A stretch of DNA of 64,000 bases from Dendrobates tinctorius (Eukaryota). Positions 36,017-47,904 of the stretch are shown here, piece after piece. A program made the translations under genes and the position numbers. The stretch spans positions 68,448,001 to 68,512,000 of the forward strand of contig NW_027361696.1 of NCBI RefSeq assembly GCF_039654945.1, given 5' to 3'. The first letter of the stretch is position 1, and each line of letters starts with the position of its first letter. Below the pieces are notes generated by a model. It was not told the DNA's origin. It was given only the letters and a program-made list of their open reading frames with translations, and made no database searches.

Positions 36017-36393
36017 CTGGTCTCATAAGGAAACAATTTACCAGATCTCCATGGGTGGCGGATGGTATTATTAGGCTCCTGTTACAGCCTCTAGTTAATA
36101 TATTTTGAGAACGTTTCCTTGCATATACTTCAAACCAAGGACATAAAATGTGGCATAAACAGGGTTTACAATGTACAAGATCACACGCTTGATACATTTC
36201 CTGGCTGATAGAAAAATAGAAAAAATTTAGATTTTTTTTCACACTGATCATGTATAATCTGATTTATGGTCAGATTACAATCAGATTGATAATAAAATTG
36301 TTACATTTGTGACCATTTTAGCAGACGTATCACATCCTTGCAACATCAACCTTTATATTACCCTGGCTTATTATCCACCGCCTCTCACATTAC

Positions 36394-36489
36394 CTTGATA
36401 TGTGCAGGTGGGAACGACACCGGAGATTTGTAGTCATGGCTAACGCCAGTGCTAGTGAGATGCCAGTCCTGCCTCCGCTCTACCCCCAT
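36394..36489 (-). CDS. saxo3: SAXO3-like, first coding exon (alternative in-frame ATG at 36600)
   Basis: Strong Kozak ATCATGG; MGVERRQDWHLTSTGVSHDYKSPVSFPPAHIK|gtaatg. WHLTS.GV.H recalled from human SAXO3; human SAXO3 lies directly upstream of LHB. Confidence 0.7.
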
Positions 36490-36592
36490 GATGAGAAAAA
36501 CATAAAAACTCCAAGGATCGAGCAATAGATGAGCGTGTGCAGCCGGTAGAGGTTCAGAATGGAGGCTGAACCTGCGGAATGTTGTGTTTCCT

Positions 36593-36606
36593 GTCGTCAT
36601 GGAGAT
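36593..36606. promoter_or_regulatory. X-box-like (RFX) motif upstream of the saxo3-like gene
   Basis: GTCGTCATGGAGAT is an imperfect match to the GTTGCCATGGAAAC-type X-box, ~105 nt upstream of the ATG. Confidence 0.35.
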
Positions 36607-37568
36607 AGAACACTGATCATTTACATGACAATGTGCAGTCAGGGACACAGAATGTCACAGTGAGACCTGTAACCTGTATTGTAGGGACACAAAGGGTGAT
36701 CATAGTCATTAATAATAATGAAATCCACATGGGAACCCCTGTATTGTGTCTCACAACTCCTGAACAGCAGATCTCCACAATGCAATTGTCTACGGAGGAT
36801 CAATAACATAATGTATATGACAAACAAGATTATGAAGAATTCTCAGTGTATGCAAGTCCCTACACATACTTGCTCATTTTAGAGAAATTAATGGCGATTT
36901 GAAAAACAGAATTTTTTTTTTTTACATGCACACCACAAAATCAATACAGACCAGAACCCCTAAAAAAAAATCAAATGAATACAGGACCCCAGATCAGAGC
37001 CTGCTTGGTTTACAGACCCCATTTTGCTCCCTGTTGAAAGGAATCAAAGGAACAGGATAAATAGGAATGTCAGGCACCTATATTCGCTGCCCCTGTTTAG
37101 ACTCATGGAGGTCTCTCATTATTCTGTGTGTCTCCTCAACATACTGAAATGGCAAATATGCTACAAAGACAGTAAATTCACAAATAGAAACCCCTAGACT
37201 AGAACCCACCTCATTTATACAGGCCTTAGACCTTCATGTAGACCCGTTTCCTGTATACAGACCCAAGCCCCTCGGATACAGACCCCAAATCAAACCACCC
37301 CTGCATACAGACCTTAAACCACACAGATCCCATACCAGACGCCATGTGCCCATAACAAGCAAGACTAACCATATAAATAGATGCCAGACCTCCTAAGTAC
37401 AGTGTATATTGACCCTCTAAATAGATACAAAAATATAAATATTACAAATAAATGATAAATCCTAGAACAGATCTATTAAAATTTCAGCCCTCTAGACCAG
37501 TCCCCCTGTTTACAGACCCCAGGCCAGAACCTTGAAAAGTCCTAGAATTCAGACTAGTCTACCTCTAT

Positions 37569-38042
37569 TTAAAGAGAACTTGTCACATGAAAAAACACTA
37601 TTACCTGCGGATATGAGGTTAATCTGCAAGTTAATAGCATTCTGAACCTGCTAAGCGTCTGCACTTTGCGGAATGCTGCTGGGAGAAAATGAACTTTATT
37701 TCCCCCGGCAGTGTAAAGGGTTTCAGTCACGGGGGCAATGCCGGTGCTGGTTCAGTCACTACTCTGTGCATAGAGAGCAGCAGCTGTAACCATGCCCCCA
37801 ACATTGACTGACAGCCGGCTCCAATGCTGAGCTGCAGTTGGTCAGTGCTGGGGGGCGCAGTTACAGATGCCGCTCACTATACGCAGAGCAGTGACTGAAT
37901 GCTCAACGCGGCCAGGAGGAATAAAGTTAATTTATTTGCCGACACCGCTGGGACCGCACCGCCACCGGAGGTGGGTACAAGTGTTATTATTTTACAAGGG
38001 GAAAACACGAGAAGATGTCTGAGTAGTGGACAACCCCTTTAA
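37569..38042. mobile_element. Kolobok/T2-type MITE(s)
   Basis: TTAA-AGAG start, CCCT-TTAA end, long internal imperfect palindrome ~37750-37900. Confidence 0.45.
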
Positions 38043-39165
38043 GGGCATTGTGGTATGCTGCCCACTGCTTTTATGTGCCCCTTGGCACTTTCCATCTGTA
38101 CATCACTGCCTATTAGTTGGATGATTGTGTGACCCGCTTCCCATTCATCTGGTCAATGCAGAAACTTGAATTCAAAAGGTTTGGGATTTCTGCATCATAC
38201 AGCGCAATAAGTCTTTTTCCCTATATTCCACCTATCCCACTTTAAAGGGATAATGTGACCTCTACTTTGTCGCAGCCAATATTTTTTTCGCTCCATATGA
38301 TCACTTCATCTCACATCAACCCAAATGGCTAAAGGGACATTTCCAAAAACTATCAAGAATCAATATTTACAACTTACCAAAGCCCCTGAATATTGGGGAA
38401 AGGTTTTTTTAATTAGGTATTTTGAATTTGCGTATTAGGAAAAAAAAACCACTAGGTGGCGCTATATACCACATTTTTTCAGTTGAACTTCACCCAATAT
38501 AGTGACCCCAAATACAGGACATATGTATACAATCAAATTAGGTGTGACTGACCGAGTCTGATTCACCTCATTTGGCTTTTTATAAAGGTATATTTAAGCC
38601 AAGTTATAATTGTTGTAACAATATTATCAGTTTCCAAACTTATCTGGACAGACACAGCAGCATTTTTTTTTCCTCCCAAAAAAAATCAAAATTGGATCCA
38701 AATTGCTCATAGCTCCCTGGATTGGCTCCATACATTCTATGAATGAGCTGGCCTTAGGATGTTCCAATTGTTGTGATGGATCGTGGAGTAATAGGAATTA
38801 GATAAGTTTTTCTTATGTGTCAATAGATATTAAATCTGTTACTGTAGAGTTGTAGCTCTACTGGATCATCATACTATTTACTACATGTTGTGTTAATTAA
38901 CCCCTAAAGGGGGGATTTCCTCGTTAAGTATACGCTTTTAGATTTACGTTCACATCACCGCTGCAGTCAATCACTGACCGTACATTGCTTGTGTGGCACA
39001 TCGAAGGATGCCACAGCTGGGTCTGTGTGTGGGCTATGGGGGGCTCCCATTAGTGCCGAACCAGCAGATGCTATCTTGATGCCTCAGGTGTGCTGTGAAG
39101 TGGATAGACTGGTGGAATTTAAAGGGATAGTTAATGTTGGCCCACTCTTAAAAGATATACTGGAT

Positions 39166-41366
39166 AACTAGAGGTGGAAGACCTGTGAAGACTCAGACGT
39201 CAAGGTTAGATTTCAGAAAGGCAGATTTTAAGGGATTCAGAAAGAGAATTGGAGGGATCCAATGGCTGGATATCCTTAAAGACAAAAATGTCCAGGAAGG
39301 ATGGGAAATCTTGAAAAATGAAATTCTCAATGCACAGTTGTTAACAATTCCGAAAAGAGGGAAGAATAGGAAGCATTTAAGGAAACCAGGATGGATGAAC
39401 ACAGAACTTAAGCACATGCTAAAAAGGAAGAAAAAAATGTTTATAAAATGGAAAGAGGGAGGCATATCTAAAGAAGAATATAATGCTGTCTGCAGAACCT
39501 GCAGGGCACAAATCAGATTATCTAAAGCTGAAAATGAACTGAGGCTTGCAAGAGATGTCAAAAGCAATAATAAAGGATTTTGGGGATATGTCAAAAGTAA
39601 AAGAAAAGTCAAAGATGCTATAGTATTTTTACAGGATGAAAATGATGAAATGGTAAGACAGGATGTTAAGAAGGCTGAACTTTTAAATTCCTATTTTGCA
39701 TCTGTTTTCTCTCAGAAAGGAAATGCAACATCAACTGTTATTCACTGTCCTATTAAGGGAATAGAAGAATCCAGGATATCTATAAACAGAAAGATAGTGA
39801 GGAAACACTTAGCTAACCTAAATGAATTCAAGTCTCCAGGTCCAGATGAATTACACCCCAGAGTACTAAAGGAGATAGCAGAAGAAATTTTTGAACCCCT
39901 CTCCATAATCTTTGAAAATTCTTGGAGAACAGGAGAAGTGCCAGAAGACTGGAGAAGAGCAAATGTTGTTCCTATCTTCAAAAAGGGGAAGAAGGTGGAC
40001 CCAGGCAACTATAGGCCGGTGAGTCTGACTTCTATACCAGGAAAGATCTTTGAACAAATTATTAAACAACATGTATGTCAATACCTGGATAAGAATGAAG
40101 TGATTAAACAGAGTCAGCATGGGTTTGTAACTGATAAGTCATGTCAGACTAACTTAATTTCCTTCTATGATGGTATCACTGATTGGGTGGATCAAGGAAA
40201 TGCTGTAGATATAGTATATCTTGACTTCAGCAAAGCATTTGACAAAGTCTCTCATACAATCCTTATTGAAAAAATGACTAAGTATGGAATGGACAAGGCA
40301 ACTGTTAGGTGGATTCATAACTGGCTTAGTGATCGGACCCAAAGAGTGGTCGTAAATGGCTGCACATCCAGTTGGAAGAATGTCTCAAGTGGGGTACCAC
40401 AGGGCTCTGTCCTGGGCCCTGTATTGTTCAACATCTTTATCAACGATTTAGATGAAGGAATTGAGGGTAAACTGATTAAATTTGCTGATGACACAAAGCT
40501 AGGAGGGATAGCTAATACTAGAGAGGAGAGAGAGAGGATTCAAAAAGATTTAAATAAACTGGAGAAGTGGGCAGCAACTAACAGAATGGTTTTTAACAGG
40601 GAGAAATGCAAAGTACTACATCTGGGCAATAAAAATGAAAAAAGCATATATAGAATGGGAGGAATAGGGCTAAGTGACAGCACATGTGAAAAAGACTTGG
40701 GTATACTAATAGATCACAGACTGAATATGAGTCAACAGTGTGATGCAGCAGCAAAAAAGGCAAATGCAATTCTAGGATGTATTAACAGAAGCATACAGTC
40801 TAGATCACGTGAAGTCATTATTTCCCTCTACTCCTCTTTGGTCAGACCTCATCTGGAATATTGTGTCCAGTTTTGGGCACCACATTTTAAAAAAGACATC
40901 AACAAACTGGAGCAAGTTCAGAAAAGAGCGACCAGAATGGTGACCGGTCTGCAAACCCTGTCTTATGAGGAAAGGTTGCAGGATTTGGGAATGTTTAGTT
41001 TGCAAAAGAGAAGACTGAGAGGAGACTTAATAGCTGTCTACAAATATCTAAAGGGCTGTCACATTGTAGAAGGATCAACTTTATTCTCATTTGCACAAGG
41101 AAAGACTAGAAGCAATGGGATGAAACTGAATGGGAGGAGACACAGATTAGATATTAGAAAAAACTTTTTGACAGTTAGAGTGATCAATGAGTGGAACAAG
41201 CTGCCACGAGAAGTGGTGAGTTCTCCTTCAATGGAAGTCTTCAAACAGAGGCTGGACAGACATCTGACTGGGATGATTTAGCGAATCCTGCTTTGAGCAG
41301 GGGGTTGGACCAGATGGCCCAGGAGGTCCCTTCCAACTCTACGATTCTATGATTCTATGATTCTAT
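39166..41366 (+). mobile_element. CR1 LINE, 5'-truncated, open ORF2 39185-41281
   Basis: Near-identical to the copies at 31861 and 45411; (ATTCTATG)n tail. Confidence 0.96.
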
Positions 41367-43200
41367 ATTCCCGAGTTCCATGGATGAGAATTGCCCATTC
41401 TCCGGTGTACTCCATGGTGTCATATATGTAGAGTTTAGCTTGTGACAAGTTAGGGTCGGTCTAAGTGACCTGACGATAACGATGACTCCATTGCAACTTT
41501 ACTGTTACAACTGTTTTGCTGTTGGTGCAATTTGAAGAGATCCTTAACGATGCAGCCAATTTTTAATTTTTTTTTGCCATTTCAAGTCTTCCTCCTTCTT
41601 CTTTCCAAGAGCCAGAATATTGTTTTTTATTTTTTCTGTCGTCATAGCTGTTTGATGACTTTTTTGTTTTTTTGGGTCGAGTTGTAGTTTGACCCCATTC
41701 ACTTTACCATAAAATTAAAACTAGAAAAAAAAGTCTGAATGGGGTGAAATTGATTTTTTATTTATTTTTTTAATACAAACAACCCCACAATTCAGCTATT
41801 GTTTCTTGGGGTTTAGTTTTTTTTGTTTTTTTTACAATGTTCATTATGCAGTAAAAATGACAGTATACTACAGGACAGTTAAATTATGGGGTTACCAAAG
41901 TTTTAAGGTTTTGTTATTGGTTTAGTGGCTTGAAAAAAACAATAAATTGATTTGTATCTACATTTTAGATTTTCCCATTGGTTGACTTGTGTCAGGGCTT
42001 GATATTTGCACGGTGAGGTGTAATGTGTATTGATATGATTTTGGGGTGCATTCAACAGTTTTATCTTTTTTTTTTTCTTTTTTTTTAATAAAACATTTAT
42101 TTTATGGGTTAAATATTAGATTGGACTTTTATATCCACAGCAATACCGAATGTGCTTATTTTTTTTTGGGAAGGGGGTACGGGTAGGTTCTTCAAACTCT
42201 TATGGCACCCTGTCGATGATGTAAAGAGGGAAGGGGTTAATATATGCAGAATTATTCCTACGTAATACTGTAAATATTTTATTAACATTACTGTTCTGTA
42301 AACACAATATAAAATATATAAAACAAATACAAAAACTAGAATATTATTTCGGGGTTTAGCCTTTAAAGTACAGTCACACTGAGGAAGACATTACTATAAA
42401 TGGCGCTTAATATATTGGGGGTGTGTTATACACGGAGCATTTGGTAAAGGGGGCTTCAAGTTACACCGCAATTAGAAGCATACACCTATGGTAAAATAAT
42501 CACTGGGCGTGTTGGAATCTGGAGGAAGTGTTGATTTAATCTACAGCACCCCCGAAGGTTAAATGAAGTATTGCACAGCTCTTCTGTAAAAATCTGTTTA
42601 AAATCTGGTCTGTTCTTGCAATACATGGGCATTAGAGAGGTTGTTTTAGGTGTTTCTTGGAGTTATACATTTTGGGATGGGAATTAAGGGCAGACTAGTT
42701 TTTTTTTTTTGTTTTTTTTTTGCAATAGCTTAAACCCTATACTAGAAGTCTGTCTGATTTGTTAATTTATGTAGATTAATACCTGTATGGCTTTTTTTTT
42801 TTTTTTTTCAGTGTGCAAAAAAAAAGTGCCAGCCTAAACGGTCAGATTGTCTCTAGAGCTTGGCTCTCCAAACCTTGCTTGGTCTGAAAGCCCCCTTTAA
42901 GAAATCGGACTCTAGCTATCTTCCCACATAAATAAACTGCAATGGAGATTCAAAAGTCTCATCAAAGAGGGTCTATGTGGCAGCCGAGCCTTGTACCGGG
43001 TGGGGCACAATTTATTCTTAGCTCAACCATCTGTCGTCTGGAATGCGGCGAGTGTAGGAACAAGGCTTCCTAAAGCCAGGACCATGCCAGCAGACCCACA
43101 GTCACACAGTGTCACATACCGTGTCAGTGTGAGCTCCTCTAAGGTTTTTTTTCCTTTATAATAACTTTCGCTTCTACGTTTTTTTGACCTGTACCCGCAA

Positions 43201-43345
43201 TCTACTATATAATCATCTAATTCTGTCTGTCTGTTTGTAACAGAAATCCCGCGTCGCTGATTGGTCACGCCCGGCCGGCCGCGACCAATCAGAGACAGGC
43301 GTAGTCCGGCCGCGAATTGGCACGGAATTTGAACGATGCACGCCA
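43201..43345 (+). mobile_element. Helitron-like 5' end fragment
   Basis: Starts TCTACTATATAA after an A, followed by (CTGT)n and a GC-rich hairpin ctgattggtc...gaccaatcag. Confidence 0.4.
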
Positions 43346-43698
43346 CCGCGGGTCATCTCCTGCCGCACGGAGGACAGCGGCGACGCAGCCGGGAGATGAC
43401 TGGCGCTAGCCGGTCATCTCTCGGCTGCATAAGTATCCTGACCGGTGCTAGCGATCTCGCTCAGTGTGCCACCTGAGGAAAACTGGATACAGACAAAACA
43501 CGTTATTTTATTATCTTTACTTATTTTAGCACTACATTTATCCATTCACCTGGTATCTCCACCTTAATTACGCACTGCTGGGATTCCATTGGAGGATTTT
43601 TCAATAGTACACCAGATCTATTGGATCTGGTTTATGTGATTTTGGAGTTGTGCCCATATGCGAAACTTCATCAGGTGAGAAATCTCCCTATAGTCTTG

Positions 43699-44095
43699 TA
43701 TCCAAGAAGTATCATTTCTCCTTGTGGAGAATGACATGCTAAGCATGTCGAGGTGAGCAGACTTAAAGCTGCAATGCTCCTCTGGGAAACATGCTAATTA
43801 TACAAATTGTCTCTTCAGAGAGGAAGAGGACTAGAACTCTAGTGCCACCTATTGGAGGTAGCAATCCTAAAAGTCAATGTTGACCCTTTAACGAGCCTAG
43901 TTACATGACTTAGGATAAAAGCTAAGCCAGAATCTCCATTTGCAGACACTGTGTTTCGGGGTACTGCCCCTCATCAGTGCACAGTGGGAGATCTGGTTTG
44001 GCTGTGAGAGAGGCGTCTGACCAATATCCAAGAAGTATCATTTCTCCTTGCGGAGAATGACATGCAAAGCATGTCGAGGTGAGGAGACTTAAAGC
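43699..44095 (-). mobile_element. Retrozyme-like repeat, 326-bp unit plus 71-bp terminal redundancy
   Basis: 43699-43769 is repeated at 44025-44095; contains an intact hammerhead core. Confidence 0.88.
43927..43996 (-). ncRNA. Type I hammerhead ribozyme
   Basis: UGCA-CUGAUGA-GGGG-caguA-CCCC-GAA-ACAC-A-GUGU-C^UGCA; extended stem I ccagaucucc/ggagauucugg; predicted cleavage between 43945 and 43944. Confidence 0.9.
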
Positions 44096-44232
44096 CATAT
44101 TCTAATACGTTATTACTTATCCTGTTTACCTGTTTATAGATAACTTGTTTTCATCAGATGACACCTTGAAGGTGGATCATGTGCTTAAGTAACCAAGAGC
44201 CCTACATGAAAGAAGGCCTTTCAATTTTGTTA

Positions 44233-45124
44233 TTTAAAGAGAACGTCTCACCAGCTCAAAAATGCCAGGTTTTTGCTCTTATTTCATTCCCACTTTTCCC
44301 CTGAGCATTCCACTTTTTTATTTGATTTTTAAAACGGCCATATGGTTCCAGAGATATGAGCCTTTTTACTTAGTGCTAGTATTTATGGTAATTAAGAAGG
44401 TGTGTGGATCACATGATCCTCAGGGGCATGTCTTTAGGCTTATTGGATATTTCGCCTGAAAACATGTGTCACCAATGGGCTTAATGCCGCAAAGAAATTA
44501 TGTTCCAGTTTTAGTGTGTTTTCCACATTGGACATCTCATATAATTCCTTGTATTTTTTTGTATGAGTTTTTTAGATTATTCATCAGTGATAATTTGTTT
44601 TATGTGAAATTTTTTTCTTTTTTTTCTGTTTTGTAACATATTGTCTAAATTGATATTATGCATCATGTGTGTGCTGGCTTGCAATTAGGAGGTGGAGGTA
44701 TATATTTGCATGATGTTCTCATTGCAAGCAGCTTTGAAAAAGAATTATCATTGTTCGAAACGCGTTGCCTCAGCATTGGTGCGGCCTCGTCCGTCACTCT
44801 CTGTTTTTATGTCCAATAAATTTTTCTCCATTTTGGAAGCTGAAATGGATTGTTTTTGTTGGACGTGAGACTACACGGAACTCATGCTTCCATGCACCAC
44901 TAGCCAAGGCAGGTGAGCTGGTTTATCCACTTCATTGCACATGTCTTTAGGATGTTTGTAAGCACCGCCCCTTTCATAAAGGCTATGAATAATTAGTGCT
45001 AAATAAAAATGCCTATATCTCCGAAACTGTACGGTGGTTTTAAAAAGTAAATAAAACAACAATATTCAGGTAAGTGGTGGAAATAAAATGAGTAAACTTT
45101 TGACTAGTTATGGGTCCTTTTTAA
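44233..45124. mobile_element. Kolobok/T2-type MITE with a nested ~500-bp insertion (44439-44939)
   Basis: Similar to the uninterrupted copy at 54937-55292; insertion flanked by a 12-bp direct repeat CATGTCTTTAGG (44427-44438, 44940-44951). Confidence 0.65.
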
Positions 45125-45410
45125 ATTCTTTTCAACCATGTTATAAAGGTTATTGGATTTTTACCTATCCTATTGTGAATCTCCTTCCGCCATTCATGTC
45201 TTGATAGTCCTTGCCCTGTAATGCATCCTGGGAGATGTAGTTTTTTTTATGTTATTTAATTGTATTTATTTTAATTATATTTTTTCCTGTCTACATGTGC
45301 TCTATCACAGTAGAGGCATCTGGACAAAGTTTTTTCTAATTTTAGATCTCTGTTTTATTTATTCATTGCTCCTCCATCTTTTGTCTGTAATTTTCAGATC
45401 CTGCCTCCTT

Positions 45411-46782
45411 GAAGAAGGTGGACCCAGGCAACTATAGGCCGGTGAGTCTGACTTCTATACCAGGAAAGATCTTTGAACAAATTATTAAACAACATGTATG
45501 TCAGTACCTGGATAAGAATGAAGTGATTAAACAGAATCAGCATGGGTTTGTAACTAATAAGTCATGTCAGACTAACTTAATTTCCTTCTATGATGGAATC
45601 ACTGATTGGGTGGATCAAGGAAATGCTGTAGATATAGTATATCTTGACTTCAGCAAAGCATTTGACAAAGTATCTCATACAATCCTTATTGAAAAAATGA
45701 CTAAGTATGGAATGGACAAGGCAACTGTTAGGTGGATTCATAACTGGCTTAGTGATCGGACCCAAAGAGTGGTCGTAAATGGCTGCACATCCAGTTGGAA
45801 GAATCTCTTAAGTGGGGTACCACAGGGCTCTGTCCTGGGCCCTGTATTGTTCAACATCTTTATCAACGATTTAGATGAAGGAATTGAGGGTAAACTGATT
45901 AAATTTGCTGATGACGCAAAGCTAGGAGGGATAGCTAATACTAGAGAAGAGAGAGAGAGGATTCAAAAAGATATAAATAAACTGGAGCAGTGGGCAGCAA
46001 CAAACAGAATAGTTTTTAACAGGGAAAAATGCAAAGTACTACATCTGGGCAATAAAAATGAAAAAAGCATATACAGAATGGGAGGAATAGGGCTAAGTGA
46101 CAGCACATGTGAAAAAGACTTGGGCATACTAATAGATCACAGACTGAATATGAGTCAACAGTGTGATGCAGCAGCAAAAAAGGCAAATGCAATTCTAGGA
46201 TGTATTAACAGAAGCATACAGTCTAGATCACGTGAAATCATTATTTCCCTCTACTCCTCTTTGGTCAGACCTCATCTGGAATACTGTGTCCAGTTTTGGG
46301 CACCACATTTTAAAAAAGACATCAACAAACTGGAGCAAGTTCAGAAAAGAGCGACCAGAATGGTGACCGGTCTGCAAACCCTGTCTTATGAGGAAAGGTT
46401 GCAGGATTTGGGAATGTTTAGTTTGCAAAAGAGAAGACTGAGAGGAGACTTAATAGCTGTCTACAAATATCTAAAGGGCTGTCACATTGTAGAAGGATCA
46501 ACTTTATTCTCATTTGCACAAGGAAAGACTAGAAGCAATGGGATGAAACTGAATGGGAGGAGACACAGATTAGATATTAGAAAAAACTTTTTGACAGTTA
46601 GAGTGATCAATGAGTGGAACAAGCTGCCACGAGAAGTGGTGAGTTCTCCTTCAATGGAAGTCTTCAAACAGAGGCTGGACAGACATCTGACTGGGATGAT
46701 TTAGCGAATCCTGCTTTGAGCAGGGGGTTGGACCAGATGGCCCAGGAGGTCCCTTCCAACTCTACGATTCTATGATTCTATG
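45411..46782 (+). mobile_element. CR1 LINE, 5'-truncated, open RT frame 45409-46704
   Basis: Same family as the other two CR1 copies; (ATTCTATG)n tail. Confidence 0.96.
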
Positions 46783-47493
46783 GTGCCTGAAAAGAAGCTG
46801 CCTTATAATTGTGAATGGGAGCCTGAGCTGCAGGAGAAATACTGTAACACTTTGAACTGGAATGAGGTGGGGGGGGCGGGGGCGCTGGACAAACTATTGA
46901 GGCTGCCATGCCACTTCGGAATTTCGAAGCCCACCAGCCTCATATAGGAGAAATGGTCATGCATGTGTCTGTGAAAGATATGGAGACTCGCCAGCCAGCA
47001 ACTGCCAAAGCCTAAATTTCCCTGTAGCGCCCCCATAGAATAAGTGAAGTATTACATAATTTGCCAAAAAATCAATTTAGCTGCATTGCCCCCGCAAGAT
47101 AATTGAAGTATTACATGAATTGTACCAAAAAAAATAATTTCCCTGCAAGATAAATAAAATATTATATAGTTTGCACAGAAATCAATAAATTGTTTATTCA
47201 ATGTGTGGATGTTTCAGGTCCTCCAGAGTAAGCTGTGAAGATGAGGATGAATGAACTCATGGAGATCAACATCCAACACTGCGGAGACACCATCACGTGT
47301 TTCTCAACACAGTGATTCTAGAGCACTGCCCCCATCCCTTATGGGAAATATGCAAAACATGCAAAACAGAAGCCGCGGAGACACCATCACATGTTTCTCA
47401 ACGCAAGCAATGACCAGCCAGGTCTTTGCCCGGGAAGGAACAACCACGGGAAAGGCAGTCTCCAATGAAGGAAACCACCTATGCCAAAACATG

Positions 47494-47553
47494 GTATCCA
47501 TTCACAGACAGCTGTTTCGGGGTATTGCCCCTCATCAGTGTGGAGTAGGAAAC
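47494..47553 (-). ncRNA. Type I hammerhead ribozyme
   Basis: CACA-CUGAUGA-GGGG-caaua-CCCC-GAA-ACAG-CUGU-C^UGUG; predicted cleavage between 47507 and 47506. Confidence 0.9.
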
Positions 47554-47844
47554 TGGCTGGTAGGAGCAATGCCTAGTAAAAGACTGTGAAGATGAGGATG
47601 AATGAACTCATGGAGATCAACATCCAACACTGCGGAGACACCATCACGTGTTTCTCAACACAGTGATTCTAGAGCACTGCCCCCATCCCTTATGGGAAAT
47701 ATGCAAAACATGCAAAACAGAAGCCGCGGAGACACCATCACATGTTTCTCAACGCAAGCAATGACCAGCCAGGTCTTTGCCCGGGAAGGAACAACCACGG
47801 GAAAGGCAGTCTCCAATGAAGGAAACCACCTATGCCAAAACATG

Positions 47845-47904
47845 GTATCCATTCACAGACAGCTGTTTCGGGGTATTGCCCCTCATCAGTGTGGAGTAGG
47901 AAAC
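47845..47904 (-). ncRNA. Type I hammerhead ribozyme (second unit)
   Basis: Identical to the copy 351 nt away; predicted cleavage between 47858 and 47857. Confidence 0.9.

Noticed and set aside
43800-43832. CTGAAGAG in the 326-bp unit as a second hammerhead core
   Set aside because: No downstream GAAA or stem III; it runs into the octamer motif.
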